From the NCBI GenBank assembly GCA_016932045.1, contig JAFGDO010000005.1, positions 36,739 to 100,738 of the forward strand: a stretch of 64,000 nt of DNA, in the 5' to 3' direction. The notes under the pieces were generated by a model. It made no database searches, was not told the DNA's origin, and was given only the letters and a program-made list of their open reading frames with translations. This DNA is from Candidatus Dojkabacteria bacterium (GTDB taxonomy: Bacteria; Patescibacteriota; Dojkabacteria; JAHIVN01). The position numbers were made by a program, and so were the translations under genes. Shown one piece after another: positions 51,669 through 62,083 of the stretch; position 1 is the first letter of the stretch, and every line of letters begins with the position of its first letter.

Positions 51669-52415
51669 ATGAAAAACATACTACTCGTCATCAAAAAAGA
51701 ACTGAAAGACTACTACATATCACCTATTGCATATGTTGTGATTTCCGCATTTGTAGTCCTGATTACTTTAAAGTTTATAACAAGTGTTTTTGTAGATAAT
51801 GTTGCAGATATGCGCAATATTTTTTATGAGTGGGAGTTTCCGGATCTTCCCCCAATGCCGATTCTTTTAATTCTTGTAATTCCTGCATTAACCATGCGAA
51901 GCTGGGCAGAAGAAAGAAGAGAGGGAACACTAGAAGTAATCTCGACTCTCCCCATATCAAACATTGGACTTATTGTAGCCAAGTTTATATCGTGCTTTCT
52001 TTTTACGACATTTATGCTACTTTTAACCCTACCCATACCAATTACATTAAATATTCTTGGCAACCCTGATAACGGAGTTATAATAGCTGGCTATTTGGGA
52101 CTGATTCTTCTATCAGCTAGTTACATTTCAATCGGTCAGTTTGTCTCTATAAATACTCGGAATCAAATTATTTCATTTATTCTTTCATTCGTACTCATCA
52201 CGATGCTTTATATATTTGGAGAAATACAGTTCCTGCAGTATGTCCCATCTTCTCTCAGATTCTTATTTGGATCTCTCGGACTTGGCTCTCATCTAAGAAG
52301 CATAGCTAAGGGAGTTCTCGACTCGAGAGATATTCTTTACTATATATCGATAATAGCTTTGTTATTTTACTTTACTTATAGAAGTTTTCAGAGAATTAAA
52401 AGGACGGGCGAATAG
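51669..52415 (+). CDS. ABC-2 family permease (GldF-like)
   Basis: 248 aa with 6 TM helices, directly downstream of the ATPase. Confidence 0.65.
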   Translation: MKNILLVIKKELKDYYISPIAYVVISAFVVLITLKFITSVFVDNVADMRNIFYEWEFPDLPPMPILLILVIPALTMRSWAEERREGTLEVISTLPISNIGLIVAKFISCFLFTTFMLLLTLPIPITLNILGNPDNGVIIAGYLGLILLSASYISIGQFVSINTRNQIISFILSFVLITMLYIFGEIQFLQYVPSSLRFLFGSLGLGSHLRSIAKGVLDSRDILYYISIIALLFYFTYRSFQRIKRTGE

Positions 52416-52481
52416 TCCACGTTAGAGTTTAGATCAGTTTGAGCTATAGGCTTATCAGCCGAGGCTGAAGATCGCTCAGAA

Positions 52482-54113
52482 ATGGAAATAACACTAAAAA
52501 AACCAAAAGTAAATTCTCAGAGTTTCTTTAAGTTCCTAATCTACATCGGGTCAAGTACTCTGTCGCAGATGCTTGTCTTATTTGTGGTGCTTATCGGGAT
52601 CAATATATTGTCACAAAGTTTCTTTGTGCGCTTTGATCTTACTGAAACTAAGACTTATACATTATCGGATGGAACAAAAAGTATAATCAGTTCTCTGGAG
52701 GATCCGGTAACAATCACAACATACTTCTCAAAGAATTTGCCACCTGATATCCTGCCTGTTACAAAGGACATAAAGGATATTCTCGAAGAATATGTCCGTT
52801 TTTCCAATGGTAAAATAATTTTAGAGAATAAAAATCCCGACGATGAAGATTTTAAAAACAAGGCAAAAGCAGCAGGGGTCCCTGAAATAAGATTTAGCGA
52901 ATTTTCTTCTGATAAGTTTGAGGTTGCAACAGGATTTTTAGGGATCGGCATAAAGTATAAAGAGCAGACAGAAGCAATAGAATTAATAACAGAAGTTACG
53001 AACCTGGAATATGAAACGACTTCAAAGATCTATAAGTTATCAATTAATGAAAAACCTACGGTCGGATTCTTAACAGGACATGGTGAAAAAAGTTCTTTTG
53101 CAGACTATAGCGGTGTAACAGATCTTATTGAAGATCAGTTTAAAGTAGAATCAGTAAGCTTATCAGAAGGGGAACCGATTGATCCTGATAAAATAAATAT
53201 CCTAGTGATAGCATCACCCACCTCACCACTGTCACAAAGAGATTTGTTTGAAATAGACCAATATATTATGAGAGGCGGAAAACTGGTTGTCCTTGCAGAC
53301 CTTTATAGCCTTGATTTTCAAAACCCGCTCCTCACAAAGACGGATAACAATATTAACGAGCTTACCAAAAAATATGGCGCAGAATTTCTAGAATCAATCC
53401 TTTTAGATGAATCATACCTGCCCATACAATCAGGATTCTATCAAATAGCCTATCCGTTCTGGATCCTTACACAGAATGAGAACCTTGATACAGATAATCC
53501 AGTTGTGAATAAGCTTGAATCCATTGTTTTCTTCTGGGCAAATCCTTTAAAAGACATTACTTCCGAAGGGCAGTCATTTAAACCTCTTGTAAAAACAACC
53601 GATGACGCATGGGTATCAATTGGTGAAAGCATTTCCATAGAACCCGTGAAATTCTCGCCCGGAGAACAGAACCAATATGTCGTTGCTGCAGTTGTAGAAG
53701 GAAAACAGACAAGTGCCTTTAAGGACCAGGGTGTACCATCTCTAGATGCTATTGAGATTGAGGACACCGAAGAAACAAGAGAAGACAAAAGAACAGATGA
53801 AACACCGAGAGTCGATGAGATAGAAAATACAAGAATTGTACTCATAGGTGACAGTGAATTTATCTCAAATGATTTTGCTGGAGGCTCTGAGCAAAACTCA
53901 GTATTCTTTACAAATCTGCTTGAATGGCTTTCAGGTTCTGAGGACTTGATGTCCATAAGATCAAAGTTTATTGAGAGGCGACCTCTTGATGTTATAGATG
54001 ACACTGCAAAGGTGTTTACAAAAATAGCCAATGTAGTATCAGTTCCGATCCTCCTTATCACTCTCGGGGTAGCTTATAACATACTAAGGAAGAAACAGAG
54101 AAGTTTGTTATAA
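52482..54113 (+). CDS. GldG-family ABC-transporter auxiliary protein
   Basis: N-terminal TM then FVRFDLTETKTYTLSDGTKSIISSLEDPVTITTYFS, the hallmark N-terminal region of GldG/ABC_transp_aux proteins. A C-terminal TM helix follows. Confidence 0.7.
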   Translation: MEITLKKPKVNSQSFFKFLIYIGSSTLSQMLVLFVVLIGINILSQSFFVRFDLTETKTYTLSDGTKSIISSLEDPVTITTYFSKNLPPDILPVTKDIKDILEEYVRFSNGKIILENKNPDDEDFKNKAKAAGVPEIRFSEFSSDKFEVATGFLGIGIKYKEQTEAIELITEVTNLEYETTSKIYKLSINEKPTVGFLTGHGEKSSFADYSGVTDLIEDQFKVESVSLSEGEPIDPDKINILVIASPTSPLSQRDLFEIDQYIMRGGKLVVLADLYSLDFQNPLLTKTDNNINELTKKYGAEFLESILLDESYLPIQSGFYQIAYPFWILTQNENLDTDNPVVNKLESIVFFWANPLKDITSEGQSFKPLVKTTDDAWVSIGESISIEPVKFSPGEQNQYVVAAVVEGKQTSAFKDQGVPSLDAIEIEDTEETREDKRTDETPRVDEIENTRIVLIGDSEFISNDFAGGSEQNSVFFTNLLEWLSGSEDLMSIRSKFIERRPLDVIDDTAKVFTKIANVVSVPILLITLGVAYNILRKKQRSLL

Positions 54114-54147
54114 TTTCCCACCCGAAAACAATTATCCTTTTTACATA

Positions 54148-54173
54148 CTCATCAAACACACAATTTTGATGAG
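54148..54173. terminator. 9-bp perfect inverted repeat (CTCATCAAA-N8-TTTGATGAG) downstream of the GldG-like gene
   Basis: Read directly from the sequence, 35 nt after the stop at 54113. There is no T-tract, so it may be a Rho-independent-like terminator or a regulatory site for the downstream miaB-like gene. Confidence 0.35.
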
Positions 54174-54351
54174 GCACAGTTTAAGTTCCTGGAATTTATA
54201 ATACTGAACTTGTAAGCGACAGATATTGAGCGGATTGCTAACAGATGATGGACTATTGAATCAGAAAGAATTTTTATTGAAATAAGTTTTCTGTCCGCAG
54301 TTTACCCATATTTTGTTATCCAGCATTCGCCTTTCCTGATATAATACCGCC

Positions 54352-55803
54352 ATGAAAGCAAGAGCTAAACTAAAAACATATCTACTAAAAACCTACGGCT
54401 GTCAGATGAATTATTCAGATAGTGAAAGGATAGAGTCTGTTCTTCAAAATGCTGCTCTTAAACCCGCAAATAGTGTGGAAAAAGCAGATATCATAGTTTT
54501 TAATACATGTTCAGTCCGCCAGTCAGCCGAAGACAGGATTCTTGGCCTCAAGAAAAATATTCAAATATTAAAGAGGGCAAAGAATCAAAAGCTACGAGAC
54601 ACAAAATACGAACTACCAATTACGGTCCTGACAGGATGCATGGCTCAAAGATGTTGGAACGTAGAAAGTAAAAGGCAAGAAACAGAGGGTAAAAGGTATT
54701 TGGCTAAACTTAGGAGAAGGGCACCTTGGATAGATTTAATCATTCCCATTAAAGAGATTGTAAATATTCGAAGACTGCTAACCAACCAGCCATCCGACCA
54801 CCCAGGCATCAGGCTACCTGACTACCTAGCAATTCGTCCAAGTTTAAAATCGAATCACTCAGCTTACATCCCAATTTCTACTGGATGCAATGAATTTTGT
54901 TCCTACTGTATCGTTCCTTACGCAAGAGGAAAACTTATTAACCGACCAGCAAGTGAAATTCTTTCAGATATTCAGGAATTAGTAAGTAGAGGATATAAAG
55001 ACATTATGATATTAGGCCAGAACGTTAACGCATGGAAGAATCCAGAAAACAAACCTCCAAAAGATTTTACAGATCTCTTAAAAGAAGTTGATAAAATAAA
55101 TGGAGACTTTTGGCTCTCATTCTTATCTTCACACCCCAACAATTTCACCACTTCACTACTTAACTACTTTACTAAATCAGCTAATAAAGGAACAGAGAAT
55201 CAGAAAAGAGGCAAAAAACTAACAGTAGGAAATCACATCCGTCCATATCTCAATCTTGCTCTTCAATCAGGAAGTAATAGAATTTTGAAAAAGATGAATA
55301 GGAAATATTCAGTCGAGAAGTTTATCGATATATGCTCTGAGCTAAAAGAGAAATACAAAAACCTAAATCTATCAACTGATATCATCATAGGTTTTCCTGG
55401 AGAAACTAATAGGGACTTCAATAAGACGGCTGACGTTATGAAGAGACTAGAGTTTGACATGGCCTACATAAACAAATATAGTCCGAGGAATTTTACAATA
55501 GCTGAGAAATTTGGAGACAATATTCCATGGAAAGTTAAGAAGGAAAGAGAAGTGGAGCTAACAAGGATACTTAGAAAGAGTGCATTCAAGAATAATAAAA
55601 GATACGTTGGGAAAAAGAGTAGAGTTTTAATTGATAAAATTGACAAAAAGAAAGGTATTGCTTTTGGGAAAACCTTCGGTTTCAAAGATGTCCGCTTATC
55701 TTTTACTAATGATCACACTCCAAGAGCAGGAAAATTTGTTGAAGTAAAGATTACAAAATCCAATACTTGGAGTCTAGAAGGTATTTTATATCCACAAGAT
55801 TAA
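54352..55803 (+). CDS. miaB: Radical-SAM methylthiotransferase (MiaB/MtaB family) with internal insertions
   Basis: TYGCQMNYSDSE (MTTase N-domain), STGCNEFCSYCIVPYARG (radical-SAM CxxxCxxC) and a C-terminal TRAM-like region. Confidence 0.8.
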   Translation: MKARAKLKTYLLKTYGCQMNYSDSERIESVLQNAALKPANSVEKADIIVFNTCSVRQSAEDRILGLKKNIQILKRAKNQKLRDTKYELPITVLTGCMAQRCWNVESKRQETEGKRYLAKLRRRAPWIDLIIPIKEIVNIRRLLTNQPSDHPGIRLPDYLAIRPSLKSNHSAYIPISTGCNEFCSYCIVPYARGKLINRPASEILSDIQELVSRGYKDIMILGQNVNAWKNPENKPPKDFTDLLKEVDKINGDFWLSFLSSHPNNFTTSLLNYFTKSANKGTENQKRGKKLTVGNHIRPYLNLALQSGSNRILKKMNRKYSVEKFIDICSELKEKYKNLNLSTDIIIGFPGETNRDFNKTADVMKRLEFDMAYINKYSPRNFTIAEKFGDNIPWKVKKEREVELTRILRKSAFKNNKRYVGKKSRVLIDKIDKKKGIAFGKTFGFKDVRLSFTNDHTPRAGKFVEVKITKSNTWSLEGILYPQD

Positions 55804-55820
55804 TATCAAAAAAAATCTCC

Positions 55821-56351
55821 CTATTTGATCAATTCTTCGAAGTCAGGAATCAACTTTTTTAAAGCATTCGAAAAAGAACCTGTATTCCCAGATAAATCTC
55901 CTGCATCAATACCCGCACAATGGTAAACACTTGCTTCAAATGTACCTCCATCTTCTTTAATGTAACTAATACTCTCAGACGTTCCTCCAGTACACCCGTC
56001 ATTATCACTAGATAGCTTTTTCTTATCAATCTTATTCTTAGCTAAAGAATCGACTATTTCTTGAAATTCTTTCTCATTAATATCATATTCTTCTTCAACT
56101 AAAATATCACCGTAACTATCTACCTTTATACTTATTGAATCGGGTGTAACTTCAATTGTGTAGCTGCGGTGGTACTCAGGAGGAACTGAAGCATCTGTAA
56201 ATCTATATTCAATTTCGACAATATCCGAATAAACTTTATCGTGATCATCATCTCCTTTTCTATTTTTTAGAAACCAGAGTAATAAACCTGCCGAGCTTAT
56301 ACATAAAATTAACACTGAAATAATAACAACTATTAAGATTGATTTCTTCAT
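55821..56351 (-). CDS. Hypothetical membrane-anchored protein
   Basis: 176 aa with an N-terminal TM helix and an acidic extracytoplasmic domain. No motif. Confidence 0.4.
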   Translation of the reverse strand: MKKSILIVVIISVLILCISSAGLLLWFLKNRKGDDDHDKVYSDIVEIEYRFTDASVPPEYHRSYTIEVTPDSISIKVDSYGDILVEEEYDINEKEFQEIVDSLAKNKIDKKKLSSDNDGCTGGTSESISYIKEDGGTFEASVYHCAGIDAGDLSGNTGSFSNALKKLIPDFEELIK

Positions 56352-56628
56352 ACATAAGGTATAAAAGGTATGGATTTACACAATAACATACAACATCTCA
56401 TAAATTTATAAAAGCAAACCTATTGCAACCTCTCTCTTCATATTTAGGAAATACTTAACTACTTTGCATAAACTCTCCATTTGTTCTATCCTAACATAAG
56501 TACTATTGTAACTCATAACTTATATCTTACTCAACTATCCAACTTTCTTGCTATCCAACCATATAACAATATAGCAATATAGCAATATAACAATACAACA
56601 TTAATTTTAACTTTTAACCGCAATAAAA

Positions 56629-57480
56629 ATGAAGCTAACAGACAAAACAATGCTCATTACCGGCGCATCCAGCGGAATTGGCGAAGCAGTTGCACTTCGA
56701 GCTAGTAAAGACAAGTGTACTGTAATTCTTTCGGCAAGAGATGAAGAAAAACTAAACAAGGTGAAGGAAGAAGTAGAGAAGAATGGCTCTAAAGCAATAG
56801 TTATACCAGCTGATGTGACAAAGCATGAAGACATTAAGAATCTTTTTCTTGAAGCTACGAGAGAGAATAGAGTGCTTGATGTTGTTTTCAATAACGCTGG
56901 ACTTGGATTTATAGGTAATATTTGGGAATTAACTGCTGAGGAGATTCAGACTATGGTGAACGTAAATGCACTTGGAATGATACTTGTCACAAAATACGCC
57001 TCTGAAGTGATGGTTCGGCAGAAGCACGGGCATATTATTATGACCTCTTCGCTTGCTGGTCTCATCTCTTTACCCCAATGGGCTGTTTATGCTGCAACTA
57101 AATGGGCTATCACTGGTTTTGCAGATTCTATACACTTTGAATTGAAACCCCATAATATTAACGTGACTACATTGCATCCTGGAGCTGTAAAGACTGATTT
57201 CTTTGCAAAAGACAAGGCAAATATAGACGTAAAAGATATGGGTGATGCAGTTGACGCAGAAGAAGTGGCTGATGCTGTATATCAGGCAATCTTTACAAAT
57301 ACACAAAAAATTCTGATACCTAAAATGGCAAAGAATTATGCTCTCATTTACAGATTTCTACCTAAGGTAGTACAAAAGCTAATCGAAAAACAAGCTAAAG
57401 ACATCGAATATCATACAAATGTTGAGGAAGATGAGCCAGAATTTTCATACATAAAATGTGTAAAATGTGACAGTAATTAA
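56629..57480 (+). CDS. Short-chain dehydrogenase/reductase (SDR) family oxidoreductase
   Basis: ITGASSGIGEAVA (TGxxxGxG), NNAG and the catalytic YAATKWA (YxxxK). Confidence 0.8.
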   Translation: MKLTDKTMLITGASSGIGEAVALRASKDKCTVILSARDEEKLNKVKEEVEKNGSKAIVIPADVTKHEDIKNLFLEATRENRVLDVVFNNAGLGFIGNIWELTAEEIQTMVNVNALGMILVTKYASEVMVRQKHGHIIMTSSLAGLISLPQWAVYAATKWAITGFADSIHFELKPHNINVTTLHPGAVKTDFFAKDKANIDVKDMGDAVDAEEVADAVYQAIFTNTQKILIPKMAKNYALIYRFLPKVVQKLIEKQAKDIEYHTNVEEDEPEFSYIKCVKCDSN

Positions 57481-57743
57481 AGGCTAAAGGCAGAAGGGGA
57501 AATGTACAAAGCCAATCTTCAATTTTCAATCTTAAATTTACAATTATTAATTTGTAATAAGCTAGAAAAAACGGCTATCTAGAAATCAAACTATCTGGCT
57601 ATCTAGCTATTTTGCTATTCGCTTTATTACCATAGATCATCTTAATCGTCAATCAACAAATAGCAAATTAGAACATATTGAATTTAAAATATTTAAATGT
57701 TAGCATATAAATATCTGATAGTATTACATTTTGTTCTCTTGAC

Positions 57744-58751
57744 ATGAAATTTATCAAACCCAAAAGATTAAAGCCTGGAGAGTCGATAATTGGTTTGATT
57801 GCCCCATCCGGAATAGTAAAGAAGGAAGAGCTAAAGACCGGTATAGCTCTTCTGAATCAGTGGGGATTCTCAGTGAAATTAGGAAAGCATATTAATGCAA
57901 AACATGGTGACTATAGCGCTGGAAGCGCAGAACAAAGAATAGAGGACTTTCAGGATATGATCTTTGATAAGCAGATTAGTGCCATTGGATGCCTTGAAGG
58001 AGGGTTTGCCATTGGCGGAATGCTGAAATTGCTGAAACCAGAAATCTTCGAACATCTAGGGAAAAATCCGAAAATACTTTTCGGTTATAGTGATTTCTCC
58101 CTCATATTAAATGCGTTGTTTTCAAGAGGGATTACCTCTTTGCACGCACCAAACGTCACAGGCCTTTATAGGCGCAGCTTAACCACGTTGAAGAGCTTGA
58201 AACTTTCATTAATTGGCGAATTACCGTCAGAAATTGGGCCACTAGCAAATTGGGAGGCTATTCATCAAGGATTTGTACAAGGACACTTACTTGTTTCCAA
58301 TCTTGAAGGAATAACAGACCTCCTAGGCTCACCTTTCGATCCATTGCAGAGCGGTTCAGATAACTTAATTCTAGCTGTAGAAGAAGTCGGAGAAGATAAA
58401 AGTACTATTAACCGCTGGTTAGAGAAGCTGCTAAACCACTCTCAAGTTGAAAAAATAAAGGGCATAATAATCGGAAGGTTTATAAAAATCGGCGAGAAAT
58501 TTTACCCACAGTGGGGACGAGAAATAAGCGTTGATAGTCTGTTTGCGAAAGTCTTTTCTCATCTAAATATACCAATAGCCTCACTTCCTGAGTTCGGTCA
58601 TACTGAAGAAGAAAAAGGTATTTTAAAAGCAATCAAGAGAAAGAGCCGCGAAAGAATTGACTTCTGGACTTTGCCTAGTGGTGTAGAAGTAATGTTTAAG
58701 GTTAAATCAGAATCCTGCAGATTGAAGTTCCTCGAGAAACCAATTATTTAA
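57744..58751 (+). CDS. LD-carboxypeptidase (peptidase S66, LdcA-like)
   Basis: ILFGYSDFSLILNAL (Ser nucleophile context GYSD), LEGGFAIGG and EFGHTEE (His). The length and order fit S66. Confidence 0.7.
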   Translation: MKFIKPKRLKPGESIIGLIAPSGIVKKEELKTGIALLNQWGFSVKLGKHINAKHGDYSAGSAEQRIEDFQDMIFDKQISAIGCLEGGFAIGGMLKLLKPEIFEHLGKNPKILFGYSDFSLILNALFSRGITSLHAPNVTGLYRRSLTTLKSLKLSLIGELPSEIGPLANWEAIHQGFVQGHLLVSNLEGITDLLGSPFDPLQSGSDNLILAVEEVGEDKSTINRWLEKLLNHSQVEKIKGIIIGRFIKIGEKFYPQWGREISVDSLFAKVFSHLNIPIASLPEFGHTEEEKGILKAIKRKSRERIDFWTLPSGVEVMFKVKSESCRLKFLEKPII

Positions 58752-59036
58752 TAAATACCTCCTGACTATATCTATCATCTAGCTTGCTTAGTCAGTATTA
58801 ATTCTAGGCTTATCGAATAACTCGCTTTAGCTTACAGCTCTTAGCTATCTGGCTATCCAACTATCTAACTATATAAATATATAACTATTTAGTTATTGGC
58901 TATTGGCTACTCGCTTTTCACTTCGATCTCCCAGATCATCTTAATCTTAAATCGTTTTAATCACCTTAATCACTACTAGAGTGTAATTTTTCCTTTGCTA
59001 TTCAGTTATCAATATATAACGTTTATCTATATAACT

Positions 59037-59591
59037 ATGATTGTCGCAACAGAAGCAGGATTACATGTAGAACAAATCCCCTTGACAGATCTATCCGAGA
59101 GGCAACCACCTCATGATTTTGTAGCAGGTGGACATTTACATGATCCTTTTACATTTATTGGAGAAGCTATAGATTTTTATCCAGAAGGACAAGCATGGAT
59201 TTTAACACCCCCACAAGTAAGCTCTTTTGAACACTTTCGTCAAATTGCAACTATACTTGCAACTATGCATAAGCCTGGACTACTAGAGAATGGTGTGGGA
59301 ATTGTCCTAAGATTTGATAAAAATGGTATAGATATTGGAGAAATCGATCACAAAGATGGTTGGACTAGATATATAAATGTAGAGTATCCTAGAAGATTTG
59401 AGAATTTATATGCAAATAGACCTATCCTTCTGAGTTTTGTTCCAGCAGCTTTTAACAGTGAGGGCATTGAAGAACTCGAAATTCAAATGATGAACGGTGA
59501 CACTTTGCATAAACTCACTTTACAAAATCGGGTGGAAGATAGAGTTGTAGTAGGACTCCTTCAAAGTACAACAATTACAAGAGCCGCTTAG
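59037..59591 (+). CDS. Hypothetical protein (locally elevated GC)
   Basis: ORF with good periodicity. The track start is TTG 58995; ATG 59037 is preferred. No motif. Confidence 0.45.
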   Translation: MIVATEAGLHVEQIPLTDLSERQPPHDFVAGGHLHDPFTFIGEAIDFYPEGQAWILTPPQVSSFEHFRQIATILATMHKPGLLENGVGIVLRFDKNGIDIGEIDHKDGWTRYINVEYPRRFENLYANRPILLSFVPAAFNSEGIEELEIQMMNGDTLHKLTLQNRVEDRVVVGLLQSTTITRAA

Positions 59592-59674
59592 GAACCTGGC
59601 TTAATTCTTTATTCTTAATTGATAATCGAAGATTGCAGATTAATATCACTATTAACTATATGCTTTCTTCTCTT

Positions 59675-59977
59675 TTATTTCTTACCTTCAATCATCTCCT
59701 CAACTTCTTTATAACCTTCCTCATATTTTTCGAATTCCTCTGGTTCGAGTTGTTTCAGAAGTCTGAGAAATTCTCCCGCATGAACCACTTCTTCTTCAGC
59801 GATATCAAGAAGAACTTCCTGTGCAAGCTCATCATCTATAGACTCTGCTAACTGTTGGTATAATTGTACTGCTTCGTATTCTGCAGCTACCATTTGTCGA
59901 ACTGCTCTAACAAGTTCCTCCTTTGTAAGTTTCCTATCAGATTTTTTCACAGAAAAGGGATCTCCAAAATGTGCCAT
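59675..59977 (-). CDS. Small ferritin-like/rubrerythrin-like helical protein
   Basis: 100 aa, acidic, with AAEYEAVQLY and DIAEEEVVHAGEF (an E...ExxH half-site of the diiron ferritin-like fold). Confidence 0.45.
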   Translation of the reverse strand: MAHFGDPFSVKKSDRKLTKEELVRAVRQMVAAEYEAVQLYQQLAESIDDELAQEVLLDIAEEEVVHAGEFLRLLKQLEPEEFEKYEEGYKEVEEMIEGKK

Positions 59978-60193
59978 AAATGAAGAATAAAAAATATAAT
60001 ATTGAAAGTATAATACAAAAACATATTTCTATCAAAACATTTCGAGTATCGGACGAAGTCCGACCTATGATTATGTATTGATACTTACTTTGAATTTCCC
60101 ATAACGACTAAAAATCCGATATCTTTATTAATAAGAGATTTAGTTTATCTTACTACTCTAGTAAATAGATCAATAATGTACTAGAATAATATT

Positions 60194-62083
60194 ATGATTG
60201 AATCTGCTCCGTCTTGGTCAAAAAGAAATAAACGTATACTTTTATTTTGCTGTTCTTGTATTCTCATCCTTTTAGTGTGCATTGTAGTTGTAACAACCGG
60301 GTATTGGGTCTACTATACATATTTCAAATCCAGAGGAGGGCCACTTATATACGAACTTACCCTTGAAGGATATAACTTAGAAGAATCAGATTCCATCGAC
60401 TTTAACGGCGGCGTAATCAAAGTTAATGATACATCAAGTCCTCTTTATGGTGCTAAAGTCGAAATAGCCGAAGGATCGCTAACTGAGAGTGAATCTGTTG
60501 AAATCGGATATAGTGAAATACAAATTGTAAATATTCCTGAAGATATGGAAATATTAGGAGAAATGGTTGTGCTAGAAAAAACAAAAAAGGACGAACTCTT
60601 TAACTATCCTGTTGCAGTAACTCTTCCTTTCGATAAATCAAGAGTTAAAAATGGTGAATTAGTAGGAGTATATGAATATGATGAAGACACTGGATACTTG
60701 CAATCAACAACGCTTGCAGATTATGATGAAGAGAATGGAACAATAACCATCCTAATCACCCACTTTTCTAAACTTGTACGGATAAAAGTATCGATTGAGG
60801 GTAAACTTAAAAAAGCAATAAGCAATGGTTACGATACTGGTTTTAGAGTAAATGAAGATGGTTTTTTCATAAGCAACTGGGGTAGTTTTGAGACATATGG
60901 TAATTGTTTGGGAATGTCTTCAATGGCAAAGTTTCAATATGTCTACAAAAAAAGACCGCAAAAGACATTCTATGAAAGATATAGAGTAGGCCTTAAGGAT
61001 GAGGAGTTTGATGACGAAGCGGCTCAAGAATTGGTAGGTAGAATTGATGTTAAGCTTGAACCTAGATTTCTAAGAATGCAAGAAGATATGTTTCGTTTTG
61101 GGAAAGGTTATTACTCTCTCAATAAATATTATCCAATGTATGTTCTGCAAAATATGGTAGTTACTGGACAGCCTGAACTATTGTATCTTAGAAAAGCAAA
61201 TTATGTTACTGATCCAAACGGATATGTGAGAGCTGAATTTGTACTTGGAAATAATCATGCAGTATTAGCCTATAAATATGAAGATGGGTACATGCATATA
61301 TATGACCCCAATTTCCCCTATAGGCGAGGAGCGGATGAGAATAGAAATGATAGAAAGATTAAATTTTCCTATGATCGTGGATTCGATACATATTATTCAG
61401 GATTAACTTCAGAAGGATCAAAGTATACATTTGATGTATTCATTCCTTTTGCCAGCAACTTTGTGATCGGCAACAGAGAAATGCGTGATCTATTAACACT
61501 ATCCTTAGAAGGATTTTCGGATGGTTATTATCCTGACATTACAATCGACTATCCAAAACCTGAAAATATAGTTATCTCGGATTCTGTAACTATACGAGGT
61601 AATATTTTTAGTGAAAAGTATAAAGCAGCAAGCAATGATTATAAATATATCCACGCATATTATAAAAGTAGTACAAGCGACAAAGATCATAGGGTGCAAA
61701 AGATTTCAAGTGACGGGAGTTTTTCCATAAACGTTCCATTATTAAGTGGTGAGAATGTAATTCATCTTGTAGCAGGAGGACAGGCTGAAAACACAGGATG
61801 GGCTGCATACAAAAAAGTTATAGTAAATCTTGAAAGTTTTGCTAAAGAAGGAAGTCCTCCTCCTCAATACGATCCAATTGATACTTGTGAAGAATTGTGG
61901 GAGAGAGGAAAAGTAGAATATGAAGTTGATTTTTATGCAGAAGATCCAAAGGGAGGATGGGTACATTGCTATGATTATAATGAAGATTTGGATATATTTT
62001 GCAAGGACGGTCATCTTGATTCAATTGAATGGAATGAGATTGAGGAAGATTATGCTAAGTGTATAAAGTATTTAAATCAATAA
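60194..62083 (+). CDS. Large membrane-anchored hypothetical protein with a possible papain-like Cys/His core
   Basis: 629 aa with an N-terminal TM helix (LLFCCSCILILLVCIVVV). GNCLGMSSMAKFQY (candidate nucleophile Cys) and NNHAVLAYKYEDGYMHIYDPN (candidate His/Asp) lie in papain/transglutaminase-like order. This is speculative. Confidence 0.5.
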   Translation: MIESAPSWSKRNKRILLFCCSCILILLVCIVVVTTGYWVYYTYFKSRGGPLIYELTLEGYNLEESDSIDFNGGVIKVNDTSSPLYGAKVEIAEGSLTESESVEIGYSEIQIVNIPEDMEILGEMVVLEKTKKDELFNYPVAVTLPFDKSRVKNGELVGVYEYDEDTGYLQSTTLADYDEENGTITILITHFSKLVRIKVSIEGKLKKAISNGYDTGFRVNEDGFFISNWGSFETYGNCLGMSSMAKFQYVYKKRPQKTFYERYRVGLKDEEFDDEAAQELVGRIDVKLEPRFLRMQEDMFRFGKGYYSLNKYYPMYVLQNMVVTGQPELLYLRKANYVTDPNGYVRAEFVLGNNHAVLAYKYEDGYMHIYDPNFPYRRGADENRNDRKIKFSYDRGFDTYYSGLTSEGSKYTFDVFIPFASNFVIGNREMRDLLTLSLEGFSDGYYPDITIDYPKPENIVISDSVTIRGNIFSEKYKAASNDYKYIHAYYKSSTSDKDHRVQKISSDGSFSINVPLLSGENVIHLVAGGQAENTGWAAYKKVIVNLESFAKEGSPPPQYDPIDTCEELWERGKVEYEVDFYAEDPKGGWVHCYDYNEDLDIFCKDGHLDSIEWNEIEEDYAKCIKYLNQ

